DNA of 51,550 nt from Gracilinanus agilis (GCF_016433145.1 NC_058131.1:30037315-30088864); one strand, 5' to 3'. Shown: positions 22,776 through 36,254, numbered from the stretch's first letter. Made by a program: numbers and translations. Notes: a model not told the origin generated them from the sequence alone.

Positions 22776-23800
22776 AGCTATAAAACTAATGATGAAGAAA
22801 CCAAAACTGGAAGACCCTCTCCTTGGAGGGAATCCTGACTGTAAAATGTTCGCTCAGTTCAGGTGCGCAGGGCGTACTTTGGCGGAGTCTCGTCAGAACT
22901 AAGATGAGGAGGGGCCCCTCCCTCCCAGCCCGGAGGACAGGCTCCTGGAGACAAGCACCCCAAGAGGGCTCTGGGGGCTGCAGAGGAACATGGGATGGAA
23001 GAAAGGCCAGCGCTGAGGCTCTGCGGCAGTGAGGCCGGGCCTCCCCCACCTCCAGGCTGAAGAGAGGACAAGCACGCCTTGAAGGAAGCAGGAAAGGCTG
23101 AGCCGTCTCGGCTCCCCCGGTGGGAGCAGCCAGGGTCCTCGCAAGGTCCTCGATTGACAGGAAGCTGCAAGCCGGACCCAGCGAAAAGGAGAAGAAGCCA
23201 GACTCCAAGAGCGGGGAAGACAGAAGGAACGCTGGACAAGGAGCAACGCCGAGTCTAGAGGACAGCCTCCAAAGGCCCAGCTAGAAAGGGGCAGCTGGCT
23301 GGAGGCCCTCCCCGGGCGCAGGCTCCCACCATCCATCCTGGACAGCAGCATCCTTTACAGTGTGTGCCAATGTTCTAGGCCCCGCACTAACCACTGGGGC
23401 TGCCTGCAGGAGCCAAGCCAGCAGCCCCACTCACCAGCCTTGGCCCCAGGCCGGAGAATCAATCTTGGGCTTCCCAGGAAAGCCAGAGCCCATTCTTGGG
23501 GAGCAGGAAGGGCCAGGAGGGCCCCCCCCAAGGCAAGGCCTGAGGCCTATCAGGAGGCTGCCATCCCTCCTAGGCATGCCCCAGGTGAGATATGACCTGA
23601 GGTCTTCTCTCCATCTGAACTATGGGCTCAGGGCCAGCGCTCACAGAAACAGGTTAGGTTGTGGCCAGAACACATTCCCAACAGAGCCACCAACAAAGGC
23701 ATGGACTTAGCCACCAGAAACCAGAGTTCTGGATTCGCCCTCTTTGTTCTCCCATCTGGTCCTTCAAATGAATACAAAATATGGATCCAAATCAAAAGGG

Positions 23801-23987
23801 AGGGGCAGCCGGGTGGCTCAGTGGACAGAGCCAGGCCCAGAGAGGGGAGATCCTGGCCTCAGAAACTCCCTCACTGTGTGACCCTGGGCAGGTCACTTCC
23901 CCCATGGCCTAGCCCTTTTTCCTCTTCTGCCTGGGAGCTGATTCGCAGACATCTAAGATCTAAGACAGAAGATAAGGGTTTTAAAAG
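23801..23987 (+). mobile_element. SINE1-like, diverged
   Basis: GGGGCAGCCGGGTGGCTCAGTGGA...TGTGTGACCCTGGGCAGGTCACT...AAGACAGAAGATAAGGGTTTTAAAA. Confidence 0.82.
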
Positions 23988-25119
23988 GAAAAGCTATTTC
24001 CATTCATTACTCAGTGCAACAACAGCATGGTGCTGTGTGCAGCCCCTCCTGGAGCCAGTATTCGGCAGGGACCTCCCCAGTCTGCCCTGGGAAAACAGCT
24101 GTCATCACAGGCAAAGCTCTGTGTAGGACGAGGAACATGTGATGTGGGAGACCCCGGAGAAAAGTCACCCATTAAGCCCCCCTCGGGGCCCAGGCCTGCT
24201 GTTTCCCCTCATTAGAGCTTACAGTGGAAGGCGGGAGCGGCCTGGGGCAGGCCCTCCCGCCTGGCCTCCAGGTCCTCCTCCGGCCTCTGCTAGCTCCAGC
24301 CTATGCTCCCACAGGGGCCTGCGCCTGCCCCCCCCCCCACCAGGGACCTCCAGCCCCTCCTTTATTTGGCATTTAAGGCTCCCGACAATGGCCCTTCCCA
24401 GGGCTCCCATCGACACTCCACGGCCCGGCGGCAGGTCCTCCTGGCTCTCTGGCACACAGAGGCCGCCATCTCTGACCTCCACACCTTAGTGCTGCCCCTT
24501 CCTGGCCTGGAACACTCTGGATGCGGTTAGGAAACGAGACATGCACACGCGGGGCGGCCTCGGTGTGAAGACCTCCACTTGGGAGCCCCTCAGCCCCAGC
24601 GGCCCCTGCCAGCCTCGCGCCCTCCCCCGCCCCACTTTCCATCCCCACCTCTGCGGATGGGCGCTCCTGGGAGGGCACCCCAAGGGTCAGCAACCGGCCT
24701 AGAACTCGGCGCTTCTTCCTTCGCTCCTAAGTGGCCCGCTGTTGGCTGCAGCTGCTAAAGGTGAGCAGAGTCCAAAGCAAAGCCCGGTCAGGGCCAGAAG
24801 TGACCGGGGAGCCTTCTTGGAGGACGGAGGCTTTGAGCTCCGCTTCCTCAGGAGAGGGAGATTTGGGCTGGCAAACATCACGGAGGGGGAGAAAGCAACA
24901 AAAAAAGAAAAGGCTCAGCAGAAGGTCCATCCCCTGAGGGCAGCTGGGGGACCCAGGGGATAGAAAGCCAGGGGGTTCTGGATTCAAATTGGACCTCAGA
25001 TACTTCCTAGCTGGCTGACCCTGGGCGAGTCCTGCCTCTATAACACTAGCACGCAGCTTTGCACATCTCTATGGCACACATATTTCTTTACACGTCTGTG
25101 TCTGTGTTCCTCTCTACAT

Positions 25120-25275
25120 AAGCATTTAATCACAGAGCACGAGGGCAGCCCACGTGGCCTGAGGGATGCGCCAAGCCAACCCCCTCATTTTAGAGGGAAT
25201 GAAACTGAGGGCCCCAAAGGGCCGGGGCCTTGCCCAAGGCCCTAACGTAATAAAGGCAGAGAGATCAGCGCCCAC
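25120..25275 (-). mobile_element. MIR 3' fragment
   Basis: CCAACCCCCTCATTTTAGAGGGAATGAAACTGAGGGCCC...CTTGCCCAAGG. Confidence 0.65.
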
Positions 25276-26379
25276 CCCAGACCCTCCAGCTCTGGCCCCA
25301 GCCCCAACCAAAGCCTCTGCTAACTTTCTTGGGACTCCGGGGAGTTGCCCCCCAAAAGAGCAGGCGCTTTAGGGCTCTCAGGCTTGTCTGGGGATTCTCA
25401 CAATGTGGCCGCTTCCTCCTAGTCACACTCGCCTCCTCAGCTCAAGTGAAAGGAAGATCATTTCTTTTGTGATTTGAAGCCTGGACAAGCACAATGTCCG
25501 AAGACACTGTGGAGGATATTGGGAAGGACAGAGCTGCCAGGACAAGTGAAGAAATCCATTGTCACGCATTCCGGTGTATGGGGTTCCTCTTGCAAAAGCC
25601 CTCCCAGATCCAGAACGAGGCAGGCTGAAAATGGAGGCTGTTCCTGTGGCACAAAGATCCGCCCAAAGAAGCCACAGTGAGCAGAGAAAGACCAGCTCAG
25701 ACGGAGAACAAGCAAAGAGAGGCTGCCTAGAAAACGGCAGGCTTCCCTCTGTGTCCGATGGATGACAGCCTACGTCAGCCCCCTCCTTGCTGGACATAAG
25801 AGCCCCCAAATCAGCGGCAATCTGGCCCCAGAGGCCTAGCAAGGCCTAGCAAGGCCAGCCCACACACAAGCCAGCCAGCTCGCCATGGATTAGGGAGATT
25901 CCTTCATCACCTGGAGCAACATCTCTCAAGCTGGAGAAATCTCGAGGCACCAAAAAAAAACCCAAAAACAACAAAGCTCTTAAGAGCCCCATTTCTCCTT
26001 TCTTCCAGGTACCTAGTCCAGATGCTCTAGAAAAGCCAAGGGAGGCAGGATGGGAGAAGGGAAAGAGAGCTAGCTGTGGAGCCAGGCAGTGCCACGGGCA
26101 AGTGTCCCCTCGGGCACAGGCTGGCAGTGCCCCAGGAAGCTCTCTAAGAGAAGCTGGCACCTCCTATGACATGAAAATCACAAGTCCAGGCCTTTCCCCC
26201 AACAGAAGACACCTCTCCTGGCCCCTGCACTTCAAGGTTCAGTCATTTCCTCACAACTTGGGGAGGCGCCATTGCCCCATTTTAAGAGGATGAAAGAGGC
26301 CCCCAGAGACAGTGACCCAGAGATACTCCACTACTAAGCGCGGGACTTAAAAGAGAAAGCCGTCCTGAGAAACCCGACG

Positions 26380-26800
26380 GGTAGAAAGAGCTCCGAAGGC
26401 AGAATCGGAGGACCTGGGCTCTGGTTCCAGCTGTGCTGGAAAAATCACTTGACTTCCTCACAGATCCCTCCAAGCTCGGTGAGGAGCACAAAACCAAAGG
26501 AGACGGAGCCTCAGGAAGCCTGTTCTCCGCTAGCACGTTTCCTCATCGGTAAAATGAGCAAGTTGGACTAGATCCTAAGATTCCCCAAAGCCATGCTGGC
26601 AAGAACTGTGGAATAAGGAATGGCTGGCAAAATTATGCTACATGACCAGAGCCTGGAGGTCCTGGGTTCAAACCTGGCCTCTGACACTTTCTAGTGTGTG
26701 ACCTGGGCAAGGCCCCCAATTGCCTGACCGTTGGTGATCTCCTGTCTTAGAATGGAGACTTCCTATACTTGGGGTCGGTTTACAAAACAAATTTAAAAGC
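26380..26800 (+). mobile_element. MIR fragment plus SINE1 fragment
   Basis: TTTCCTCATCGGTAAAATGAG...GGACTAGAT (MIR core); GGAGGTCCTGGGTTCAAACCTGGCCTCTGACAC (SINE B box). Confidence 0.65.
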
Positions 26801-27099
26801 TAAACCTGCTGATCCTAAGCTCCAGCCGGCTCCACCTTGCCTGAAAAGCTTCCAGTTTGGTCCCAGTGACACAAAGACTGGCCATTCAACATCTGCCCCC
26901 GTCTCCCATGGGGGTGTGCCTCAGGGAGCCTCGTTTTGCAGAGAGGCCCGGCCCAGCCTTCGCTCCTCTCTTGGCCTTTTCTGGCCTCCCACACTTCCAA
27001 ACCACGCCGTCTCATCCTGGAGCCTCCCTTGGCATTGGGCCCTCCTGGCCTTGGAACATCCACCCCGAGACCTTCACAACTTGGAACGTCCCTCCCAGG

Positions 27100-27315
27100 G
27101 GATTGAGTGCTGGGCCTAGAGTCAGAAATCCAGAGTTTAAATCCTACCTCAGACCTTACAAGCTGTGTGACCTTGGGCAAGTCACTGGACCTCACCTCAG
27201 TTTCTTCTTGTGTCAAATAGGCCGGTAATAGCAGCCAGCCCATCCCCACTAGTGTGAGAAGAATGAGATTCGTGCAAAGCACATGGCAGTGTTCGGCACC
27301 CAGTACGCTTAGCAA
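27100..27315 (+). mobile_element. MIR
   Basis: AGCTGTGTGACCTTGGGCAAGTCACT...CCTCAGTTTC...GAATGAGATTC...AAAGCAC. Confidence 0.75.
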
Positions 27316-27954
27316 ACGCCTCCTGATGAAGGAGGCTGACCATCACATCTTAAGCTTCAACCTGAAAAGAGGCGAGTGAATTCTAATGTAGAATTCTGAC
27401 AGAGGTTGCTCAGTGGGCCACAGGCCATCCACGTAAAGACATCCTTTCTCTCATGGAGGAGGCCTTGGGGAGGCCAGGGCAGTCTCTAAAGGAGGCCAGG
27501 AGCCCGAGTTCTCCTGAACTGTGCCACAGACAAAGCCTGTCTACACTGCCAGCTTGAAGGCGTCCTTCCTCCTGCCTTTTCTGCCGCTCGTTCCGGGCAG
27601 GAATCCAAGACTCCGGGTCTGATCCGTCACGGACAAGGGCAAGAGCTTCACGAGGGTATTCAGTACCACAAACACTCGTGCCCGCGCCATGCACAGGCTA
27701 CACGAACACAGTCTCTGCCTTCAAGGAGCTCCCAGCTCGAAGGCTGGCCAGCGCACGTCCACAAACAGGATCTGTGCCCAGAGGAGAGCTCCGATTGGCC
27801 GGGGGCACGAGAGTGCGAGGGACAGCGTCAGGGAGAGCAGCACCTCAGAACAGTAACAGGACAAAGGGGCAAATGTCAGGCCTAGACATGCTCCAGACTG
27901 CCAGGTAGCCAACTAAAAACAGGATGAGTAAGCCCTCGAGCATCTTACCAAGTA

Positions 27955-28400
27955 AGACGTTGGGGCATGGTGGGAAAAGCTCCTGGCCTAGAGTCTGACT
28001 ACCTAAGAGAAAATCCTCTGCTCACTCTCATGTGTGACTCTGGCCACATCTCCTAACTGCTGGGGGCCTCTGTTTTCTCATTTGTAAAATAAGGGCATTG
28101 GGAGATGATCCCTGAAGTCCCACCCATATCAAAGTCCATTGCCAACAACTATTTTATAAAAAGCAGAAAAACCAAAGGGGGGCAGTAATAATTTCTAATT
28201 TGGCAGGAAGAGTACTCTTCTCACACCCACCTTGTAAGGTACTTGGGACAAGCATTACTCAGCCTATTTTACAGATGAAGGAAGACCTGTAACTTCTCAG
28301 AGAAGTTAAAGGCTACCCAGCTAGGAAGTTCTAAAGTCAGGATTTGACCCCAAAAGAGTCTGACATGCTTTCTCCCCACCCCAAACTGCCTCTCAGTGTG
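27955..28400. mobile_element. Two MIR fragments in opposite orientation
   Basis: + strand core TTCTCATTTGTAAAATAAGG (~28075); - strand core CCTATTTTACAGATGAAG (~28265). Confidence 0.65.
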
Positions 28401-28759
28401 CTAACATTACTTAGGAACTTCCTCCCATGGTTTTCCATACAGAAATAACACTGGGTGAGAAGGCATGAAGGAACAGTGATCAGAGCACAGGAGAAGGGGC
28501 CTGTGGACAAAAGATCAAGCCATCGATTTGCCCCTCCCCCAGTATCACTAGTTTACTGGGAAGGGATTTGTTCATTCTGCTACTACAACATTCTACCCAG
28601 ACTAAAGTGAACAGAAGATTAATTAGAAGATTAATTCATTAATGTGATGAGGCACATAAAGAGATGGCCTCGGGAAGGCTTGGGGTAAGGGTCCTGATAT
28701 GGCTATGGATGCAAGAGCACAATCAGGGTTTGAGAGGGAGATACTCATTCTTTCCTTCC

Positions 28760-28925
28760 TTCTTTTTCTTTAACAACTCTAAGACAGAAGGACAAGGGCT
28801 AGGCAAACTGGGTTAAGTGACTCACCCAGGGTCACACAGTTAGGAAGTGTCTGAGGTCATATTTGAATCCACTTCCTCCCATCTCCGGGCTTGGTGCTCC
28901 ATCCACTCCATCAGAGCTGGCCCTC
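28760..28925 (-). mobile_element. SINE1-like
   Basis: CTAAGACAGAAGGACAAGGGCTAGGCAA...TAGGAAGTGTCTGAGGTCATATTTGAA. Confidence 0.8.
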
Positions 28926-31900
28926 AGTCCCTTTCTAACGTGACTCTGAATCTTTGATGATGCCATCCAATTATTCATTAAAGTAAAGCCTCTGTGTTCT
29001 CCAGAACAACAAAATCTAAATTCACCTTCAGTTATTAGAACCTGAACTCCATCTAACTGGTGACATCATGTGGGGAATAAAAACTGGCTCTTGTCATTCT
29101 GTGACTATGAAGGCAGATCATACAAATGAAAGGCAAAAAGAACCGATGATGTTAGATCTCAACCTTCCACTACCAAACTGGAAAAGCGCATAGCTCCATC
29201 CCATGGCATACATCAGAGACCTCTGAAAGGCTCCTATCAGAAACATGCACTAGATGTAAAAAACAAAGCAGCCCAGTCTGCCTTCTAACAAATATTCTCG
29301 AGCCTTATCCAGCTGTACCAGGGTGTTCGCATGAGTATTACTTCACAACAGACAGCAAGTGCCAAAAGCCACCAACATCTGAGATCTCAGCAGGGCTGCT
29401 AGACTCAAACGGAGCCAAGAGAGAAAGGTCAATTAGGAAAAGGGACTTCCATCTGGCAGCCTGGCATCCCCTGCTGCTTCTTGGTGTCCGTTAGATTCAG
29501 CCACAATACAGCAAGGTGGCTACTCTAAAATCCTACCATGCGAAGCATCTCACATGCCTGCGCACAAGTGAAAATCGTCACTGAGGTCACTTTAAACTCA
29601 CGGTGATGGCAGGAACCACCACAATATGCCCAGAAAGGAAAGAATCCATGCAATCAAATAAATCTAGGAAATAGCAAGCAGTAAAGACCAAGACAGTCAG
29701 CAGAGGCCCAGAAACTAGGTAGGCCCAAAAAAAAGGAGCAGAAAGGAGTGTGGGGAGGCATCAAAGATGAGAAAGGAACACAAGAGCAGACCAGAGCTGT
29801 GGGGAGCTTGATTTTTTTTTTAAATGCCCTAACTATATTTCAAATCAGAACACACTCCCACCCTCCAAGGAGGTAATCTGTGGGTAGTGTGCTACAGTGA
29901 ACAAATATCCACGCGTTCTCAACTAGTTTCTAGCTAAGCCATTTTGACTTCACCACATGGAGGTGAGGAGGAACTTGGGCCTGCTTCAGGAAACACTGCT
30001 TTTAGGCCTTCCTGTCTGGGAAGACAATGGGCAACCCTTCTGAAGTACTACGGAGGGTAGGAGCCTTTCAAGGAAGGAGAATGTCCTTTTAACCCCCACA
30101 GAATAAAGCAGTTCAATGGGTAATAGGAGAGACCTAGAAAATAAGATAACAATAAATAGAAAAAAAAACCTAACCCAGGCTGGCAGGATCAGTCCTAGTG
30201 CCGCTCCAGACTCGCCGTGAGACTGGGAACAAGTCACAGCTCCCCACAGCTCCTCTGAATTCAGCTTCAAGGTGATGTCAGTCATAGCAACCAGGCCTTC
30301 AGGACTAGAAAGATTTATAACTAACAAAAATGACTATAAAAAGCACTTTGCAAAATTCCAATTGCTACAAACATACTACTTAATAAATAATGAAAATAAC
30401 GTGGGTGTGAACACAGATGGGAAGACGGCAATGCCCAGTAGACGTGCAATCTTCAGTGCCTAGTGGATAAGCAATCTTCAATGAAGTCATCTCTTCAGTC
30501 CCGTGGGTAGGGACAAAGGATGACTGCATACTATTAAATCTAGCCTCATCACAGTAAACAGCAGGGTCACTGAAGGCACATGAAGCTGCTTTGGGACTCA
30601 GAGGCCAACCCTCCAAGTTGTGCATTGCCTTACCCCTTCTGAAAGTTTATTTCCCAGAGAGGCCCTCTTTCTACAACCCTGAAATGGTCTTTAAAAGGAG
30701 GATTTTCCCTGGTGACCTGGAATATGTTAAATTATAGCCTGCCCAACAGAACTCTGTGGAGTATCCAAGACACTCTTTCTTGAACAAAGGTTGAAGGTTA
30801 ACACTCTCCAAGCCAAATTTCCCAAAGGCTGCCTTCTAGTAGATGAGACCCATAGAAGGCCACTGTAACATAGGTGGGTATGATCAGATACAGAGGAACT
30901 GTTCTATGAATTTTCAAGTTAAAAAATAAATCACTGGTGTCTTTATCTGTCTTTTTTTTTATTCTCTTCTGCCTTTCACTCAGTCACTGATCCTGAAACT
31001 CCCAGGTAAGGGACTAACAACACAAGCCAGAGAGCTCACATCTGTGTGCATCAGCTCACGGTTTTTGGAGTTCTTGCTTCACAACAGCCTTGAGGATGCC
31101 AAGATGCAGGAAGAGTCTGTGATGTGCCTGTTACTAAGTGCTCTGCCATTCATGAGCGCCCCCCACCCCGACATCCCTCCCCAGGGCTGCCCGTGCAGCC
31201 CACAATGACCCACCGAAGCGAGGAGATTATAAGCAGAGAAGCCCACTACGAGTCTCAGCCAGGCTCAAGTCTAGCAAACATTCGCCCGATGACTGCGGTT
31301 TGAAGGAGATTTTCTCCCTGCGGAGCTGAACTGAGGCTCCATCATGACCTTTTCCAAAGTCCTGTTTATCCTTCAACGGGGGCCCTCGAGATGAGGATCG
31401 TCTTACTCTGCTTCTGAGAATGGGCGGCCCGGGCGGCGCCACGTATCAAGGCAAAGACGGGATCAGACGGACAAAAAGGCAGAGCTGAAATCCAAAGAAC
31501 TCCTTCCTGGGCCAAAAGACTGAATCGGCAGCACGCGGGAATGGTATCTGGGCAATGTGAAAGCAGAGGCACGACGGGGAGACGACCAGGAAAGAAGGGC
31601 CGCCAGCCCAGCTCGGCCAGCCCACAGCGCTGATGCTGGCCTAACGTGAAATCTGTTCCCCAAGGAGAGGCCGACCAGCTGCCATCCTGGAGGAGGCGGC
31701 GGGGGCCCGACAAGGCAAAGCACCATCAAGACCTCCGCCAGCCCCTTCTCCTGTCACAGCGGAGGTGGGATGGCCCGTGTACACTCCACATCCCCAGTGC
31801 CTCTGGCCTAGGCCCACAGCCACCGGGGAGGGGAGCCATCCGTGGAGACGGGGTCTGCCTCCTAAAGGCCCTCTCGGGGCCTGCTTGCAGCCACGACCAT

Positions 31901-32399
31901 CCCAAGAGGCAGGCCCTGGAGACAGAACCTGCCCACCGCCGCTGAAGGCCCAGAATCCGCCGTGTTCACCCCTCAAGTCCTTAGACTCAGCCTGACAAAG
32001 GATTCGGCCCAGGAATGGAAATAGCATTCACGAAGGCGCGTATCCGTGTGCTTTGCCGCAGCCCCCTGAGCACCGTGACGAGGCTGGCGGCCAAACCTCC
32101 ATCCGTGGGTTCTGCCCCCCTCGACAGGGAGCTGCCTTCCCTTCGCTCTCCCCAGCACTTATCACGGTGATCTGCACACTGCAAGTGCCAAGTCAACAAC
32201 TTGTCATCCATGTCTGGCCACATCCAGGTATCCAGCACCGGATGGCCCCACGGAGACACGAGACACCCCCAAACGTTCCAAAGCTTTCGGCAGGCAGGCA
32301 GCGGAGTCCCTGCGTAGTCTAAGGCCCTGGAAGCCGAGCTGAGGACTTGCTATCCCAGGAATCACACAATGACTCACAGGTAAGTGCATTTATCTTGGT

Positions 32400-32525
32400 C
32401 TTTAAGCCTTACCTTCTCAAAATCAGTGCTAAGGGCTGTTCCGAGGCAGACGGCTGGGGACCAGGGCCAGAAAGCTAGGCAGGATCGGAGGCCGGACTTC
32501 AGCCCCAGGCCTCCCGCCCTCCCGT
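32400..32525 (-). mobile_element. SINE1-like, internally deleted, strongly GC-shifted
   Basis: TTTAAGCCTTACCTT...TTCCGAGGCAGA...CCAGGGCCAGAAAGCTAGG...GGAGGCCGGACTTCAGCCCCAGG is collinear with the other SINE1 copies in the window. Confidence 0.65.
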
Positions 32526-33049
32526 GTGCAAAGAAAGGACCTGTCACGGCCACTCTGAGTCCAAGCGTGACTGTTCTCATTGCACAAACGAGAGAACGAG
32601 ACAGCCCGTGAGCCAGCCGGGCTGTGAACTCGGGCCTTCAGGCTGCCTCCATGAGGCTCTCCTAAACTTCAGAAACAACGAGGAGGGCCTGAGAGAAATG
32701 GGGCCGAGCACGTTTCCTTGGTCTCCCTGAAGCCCAGCGCCTTCTTTTCTTCTTTTTCACACTCGTCAGGCTCTGCCGAGAAGCCAGCAACATTCAATGC
32801 CTTCCTCCGTCCTGTAGGACCCAGCTGGTGTCGGGATCCCTGAGCGTCCCTCAGACTGACCCTCTACATGCTGATGCTGCTAACCCTGGAGAAGTACACC
32901 GTGGCAGCAGGGCAGTCCGGCTCTCTGAATGGAAAACTTGCATATAAACCAGATAATGTCAGTCCAGTGTGTGGCCCTCAAGGACTACACAAATCCAGAC
33001 TCCTGTCTGCACTGAATGCCTTGTTTAATGGCATCTCTTGAAACTACAA

Positions 33050-33310
33050 AGGCAGCTGGGTGGCACAGTGGATTAGTGCCAGCCCTGGAGTCAGACGGAC
33101 TGATCTTCCTGAATTCAAATCCAGCCTCGAACACTTGCTAGCTGTGTGACCCTGGGCAAGTCACTTCACCCCCTCTGTTTCCTCATCTGTCAAATGAGCT
33201 AGCGAAGGAAATTGCAAACCACTCCAGGATCTTTGCCGAGAAAACTCCAAATGGGATCGTGGAGAGTCAAACACAACTGAAAAAAAAAAAGACCGAACAA
33301 CAACAAAACT
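33050..33310 (+). mobile_element. MAR1-type SINE
   Basis: GGCAGCTGGGTGGCACAGTGGAT head, CORE, then GCAAACCACTCCAGGATCTTTGCCGAGAAAACTCCAAATGGG...CAACAACAA tail. Confidence 0.88.
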
Positions 33311-34559
33311 ACAAAGCTTGATTGTTTTATTCAGCTTTACTTTATTTTCAAATGTGAAGTCTTGCCCTGCCACCAACCCTTGCCGACTCTCCCACTCAGA
33401 AAGCAAAGAAAAACAAAGCCCACTACAAACTTGTATAAAGCCCAGGACTTTCCAAGCAACCTTAATTTAAGTTGTACCTCATTCCACCCCAGCCTAACTG
33501 AATCCTCCACAACTAGAAAAAGCAGCCTCACACCCTCTTTATGCCCAGTAACTCAAAGACAAGGGAAGTAATAAACTGGCTCTTTGCCCTAGCGTGGCCC
33601 CTTCTCAAGGGGCAGAGGGGGGCTGTGGCATGTGCTTCTTTGGGAAGTTAAAGGGATAACACTAAGATAAAGCAGCCTCCCAACTCAAACCTGCCATACC
33701 AAGCCTTTCTCTGCCATCTATCTCGCATTCTCTGATACGATCTTGACAATGAGATCTCTGGAAAAACCAAAGCGCAGGGTGCGAAGGGTCTAACATCCAT
33801 GGCAGCAAAGTCCTCACCTGCCAAGACTTCCAATCGGCCCATGTAGAAAGAAGTACAAAGGATCCTCCAATCGCCCAGACCTGGCCCTGCCCTTTCCTGC
33901 TGCCCTCAGACTTGATCTCGCACTTTAACTGGCTCAGGGAGCCCTCTGGGCCTAAGGGCACCATCTCCCAAGCGGCATCAGTCCCTCTGCCTGCACTAGT
34001 CCCCTGGGTTTCCTCCAACCAGACCTTGTTTAATCTCCTCCAAGCCTAAGAGAGTCCCTTAAAAACAGAGCAGTTCCTAATTGCCTGCTGCCTCGGCTGG
34101 CTGCCGCTGTCCCTGGGTCCAGCCGTTTCTGGGGGATTGGAGGAGGTCCCACCCCTTCATCCCAACACACCCTTCTCTTTCTGGGCCCCATTTTCTTGTT
34201 CATTTTTCCTGGCTCATTCTCATACTTCTCACTACCTGTGTAACTCTGGACAAGTAACGTCAGCCTCCTCCTCTCAGGGGCCAGCCAGCACCTCCGTGCA
34301 CAAGCCTCATCACCCCAGAAGACTTCAAGGGCCCCGGCTATCTGGCTATCTGACTGGGAAACATCCTTCTTTACTAGCTGTCTAGTGCGGTCTACGTGTA
34401 CTTCAGCCCAAGGGAGAGCCCCTCAGAGGCTGGGTCAGCACCTGGTCCCCCTGCCCTCGGAGACCTCAGAAATAGTGTAAAAGATCCTGGCTTTCTGGGA
34501 ATTGGCAACAACAACCAAGTTCATCACCAGACCACAAAGGCTACCCCTTCTACCAATGG

Positions 34560-35300
34560 CCATTCCACAGCCAATGGCAAATCCCCAGTTCCTGATTCCC
34601 TTGTCCTCCTGAAGTAAAATCTTCTGCCCTCTTGTCTCCCCACTCTCATCCCCATCCACCTCAGGCCCTCCCCAATGCATACTGCCTTCTGCCCTGCACC
34701 TATAAAATGGGACCTTCGGAATATTCATCTATTGCAAATAAATTCTCCTTGGTCCTGGGTCTCTTCCTCAAACTCATTCCTTCTTGAACTTTCAGAGACC
34801 CAGCTTTCTCCAGAAAACTCTGCCCCTGGCCACCCTTTCCAATACCAAGTCCCCCTTTTCTCATACACTACCAGCACTCTGCCTCCAAAGCAATGACCTG
34901 GGAGAAGAAAGGCACAGCCTTCTCGATCCTCAGGCCCATTTCCAGACTGCCCTTTGGCCAACACCAACCTTCCTTCCTTAAGAGATTCACTCTATCCGTC
35001 TGGGGCATGCAGTCCCATTCCTGCCCTCGTCATCCAGGGGCCTCAGCTCAGTGTCCCAAGGTCCTTGGTACCTGGCTCAGCCTTCCTCTCCACGACCACT
35101 CCTGCCCTCCCACATGGCCACTTCAGCATACAAGGCAAGGGCCCTAGAACAACCTGCTCTCAGTTCATCTATGCTCTCAACTTTCCTGGCCTCTCTTATT
35201 TCCCCCCTTCTTTTCATCTTAAAACTCCTGATATTACTCCTTGTCTCTTTCCCTCAATCTCTCACCTCTGCAAAGACTGGCTTCATTTGGGAGTTTCAAA
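34560..35300 (+). mobile_element. L2 ORF2 apurinic-endonuclease (N-terminal) fragment
   Basis: Frames give SIANKFSLVLGLFL and FLLELSETQLSPENSA, matching the L2 APE start (SIVNKLPFILDLFL..LLALTETWLSPEDTA). C/T-rich sense strand as in L2. Confidence 0.68.
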
Positions 35301-35469
35301 AAGAAGGCAGGAGAAGATGCCTTGGTGATGGAGACTGAAGAGGGGTTAGATTGGAAGGGAGAGCAGAAGCCAAGGGACAAGAAACAGGGGACACTAAGGA
35401 AACCTAGAATACTCTCCCTCTCCTGGTCACAGCCTCACAGAGCTCTTAGTTCAAGAGCTGTCTCCTAGG

Positions 35470-35925
35470 CGAGGCCTTTTTCTGATCCTTCAAGCTGTCA
35501 GTGCTCACCTTCCACCAAGTATCTTTGCTTATTATAACTCTGTTGTGGACTTCTCTGTGCATATGCTTCCCCATCCCCTCCCAAGGGGCAGCTTTTTCTA
35601 GCTGCATTATCAAGAAAAGCACCTGACAACAGTAAGCACTTAATAAATACATGGGCAGTCTGATGGCTCAGTGGATGGGGTGCCAAGACTGGAGTCAGGA
35701 AGACTCCTCTTCACAAGTTCAAATCCAGCCTCAGACACTTAGTAGCTGTGTGACCCTACGTGAGTCAGTTAATGCTGTATGTCTCAGTTTCTTTGTCTGT
35801 AAAATGAACAGGGAAAGAAAAGGGCAAAGTACTCCCGGATCTTTGTCAAGAAAACTCCAAACAGGGTCACTAAGAGTCAGACACAACAGAAACCACTGAA
35901 CAACAACAATAAATGCTTGTTGAAT
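35470..35925 (+). mobile_element. L2 3' terminus interrupted by a MAR1 SINE (35653-35907)
   Basis: GTAAGCACTTAATAAAT|[GGGCAG...CAACAAC]|AATAAATGCTTGTTGAA. AATAAAT is duplicated at 35642-35648 and 35908-35914. Confidence 0.82.
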
Positions 35926-36254
35926 TTGGTTTACTTCCTTCCCTGGGACTGAGTTTCCTCCTCAATAAATTGAGGGAATTGGCCTAGATAAGCTCTACTT
36001 CCCTTTCCTGGACCTAAATTTGATCCTGACTCGATCCCTCTCACACACCTCCGTAACTGTCATCTACCATAAGAGTGTGGAAGAATAGCTGAACAGAGAG
36101 ACGTGGGAAGGATTTCAGGCCTGCTCAGTCTGTGACCCTAAGCGAGTCACTCAGTGCCTCCACCACAACTGCAGAACCTCCGGGCCTCGGCAGACATTTT
36201 ATGAGTTGTTGTGGTCCCAATCCTCAGTCCTTTTCAAATTGCCAGGTGAGAAGC

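Noticed and set aside
29050-29620. Possible intronic snoRNA
   Set aside because: No paired C/D boxes with a terminal stem, and no H/ACA hairpin architecture, on the sense strand.
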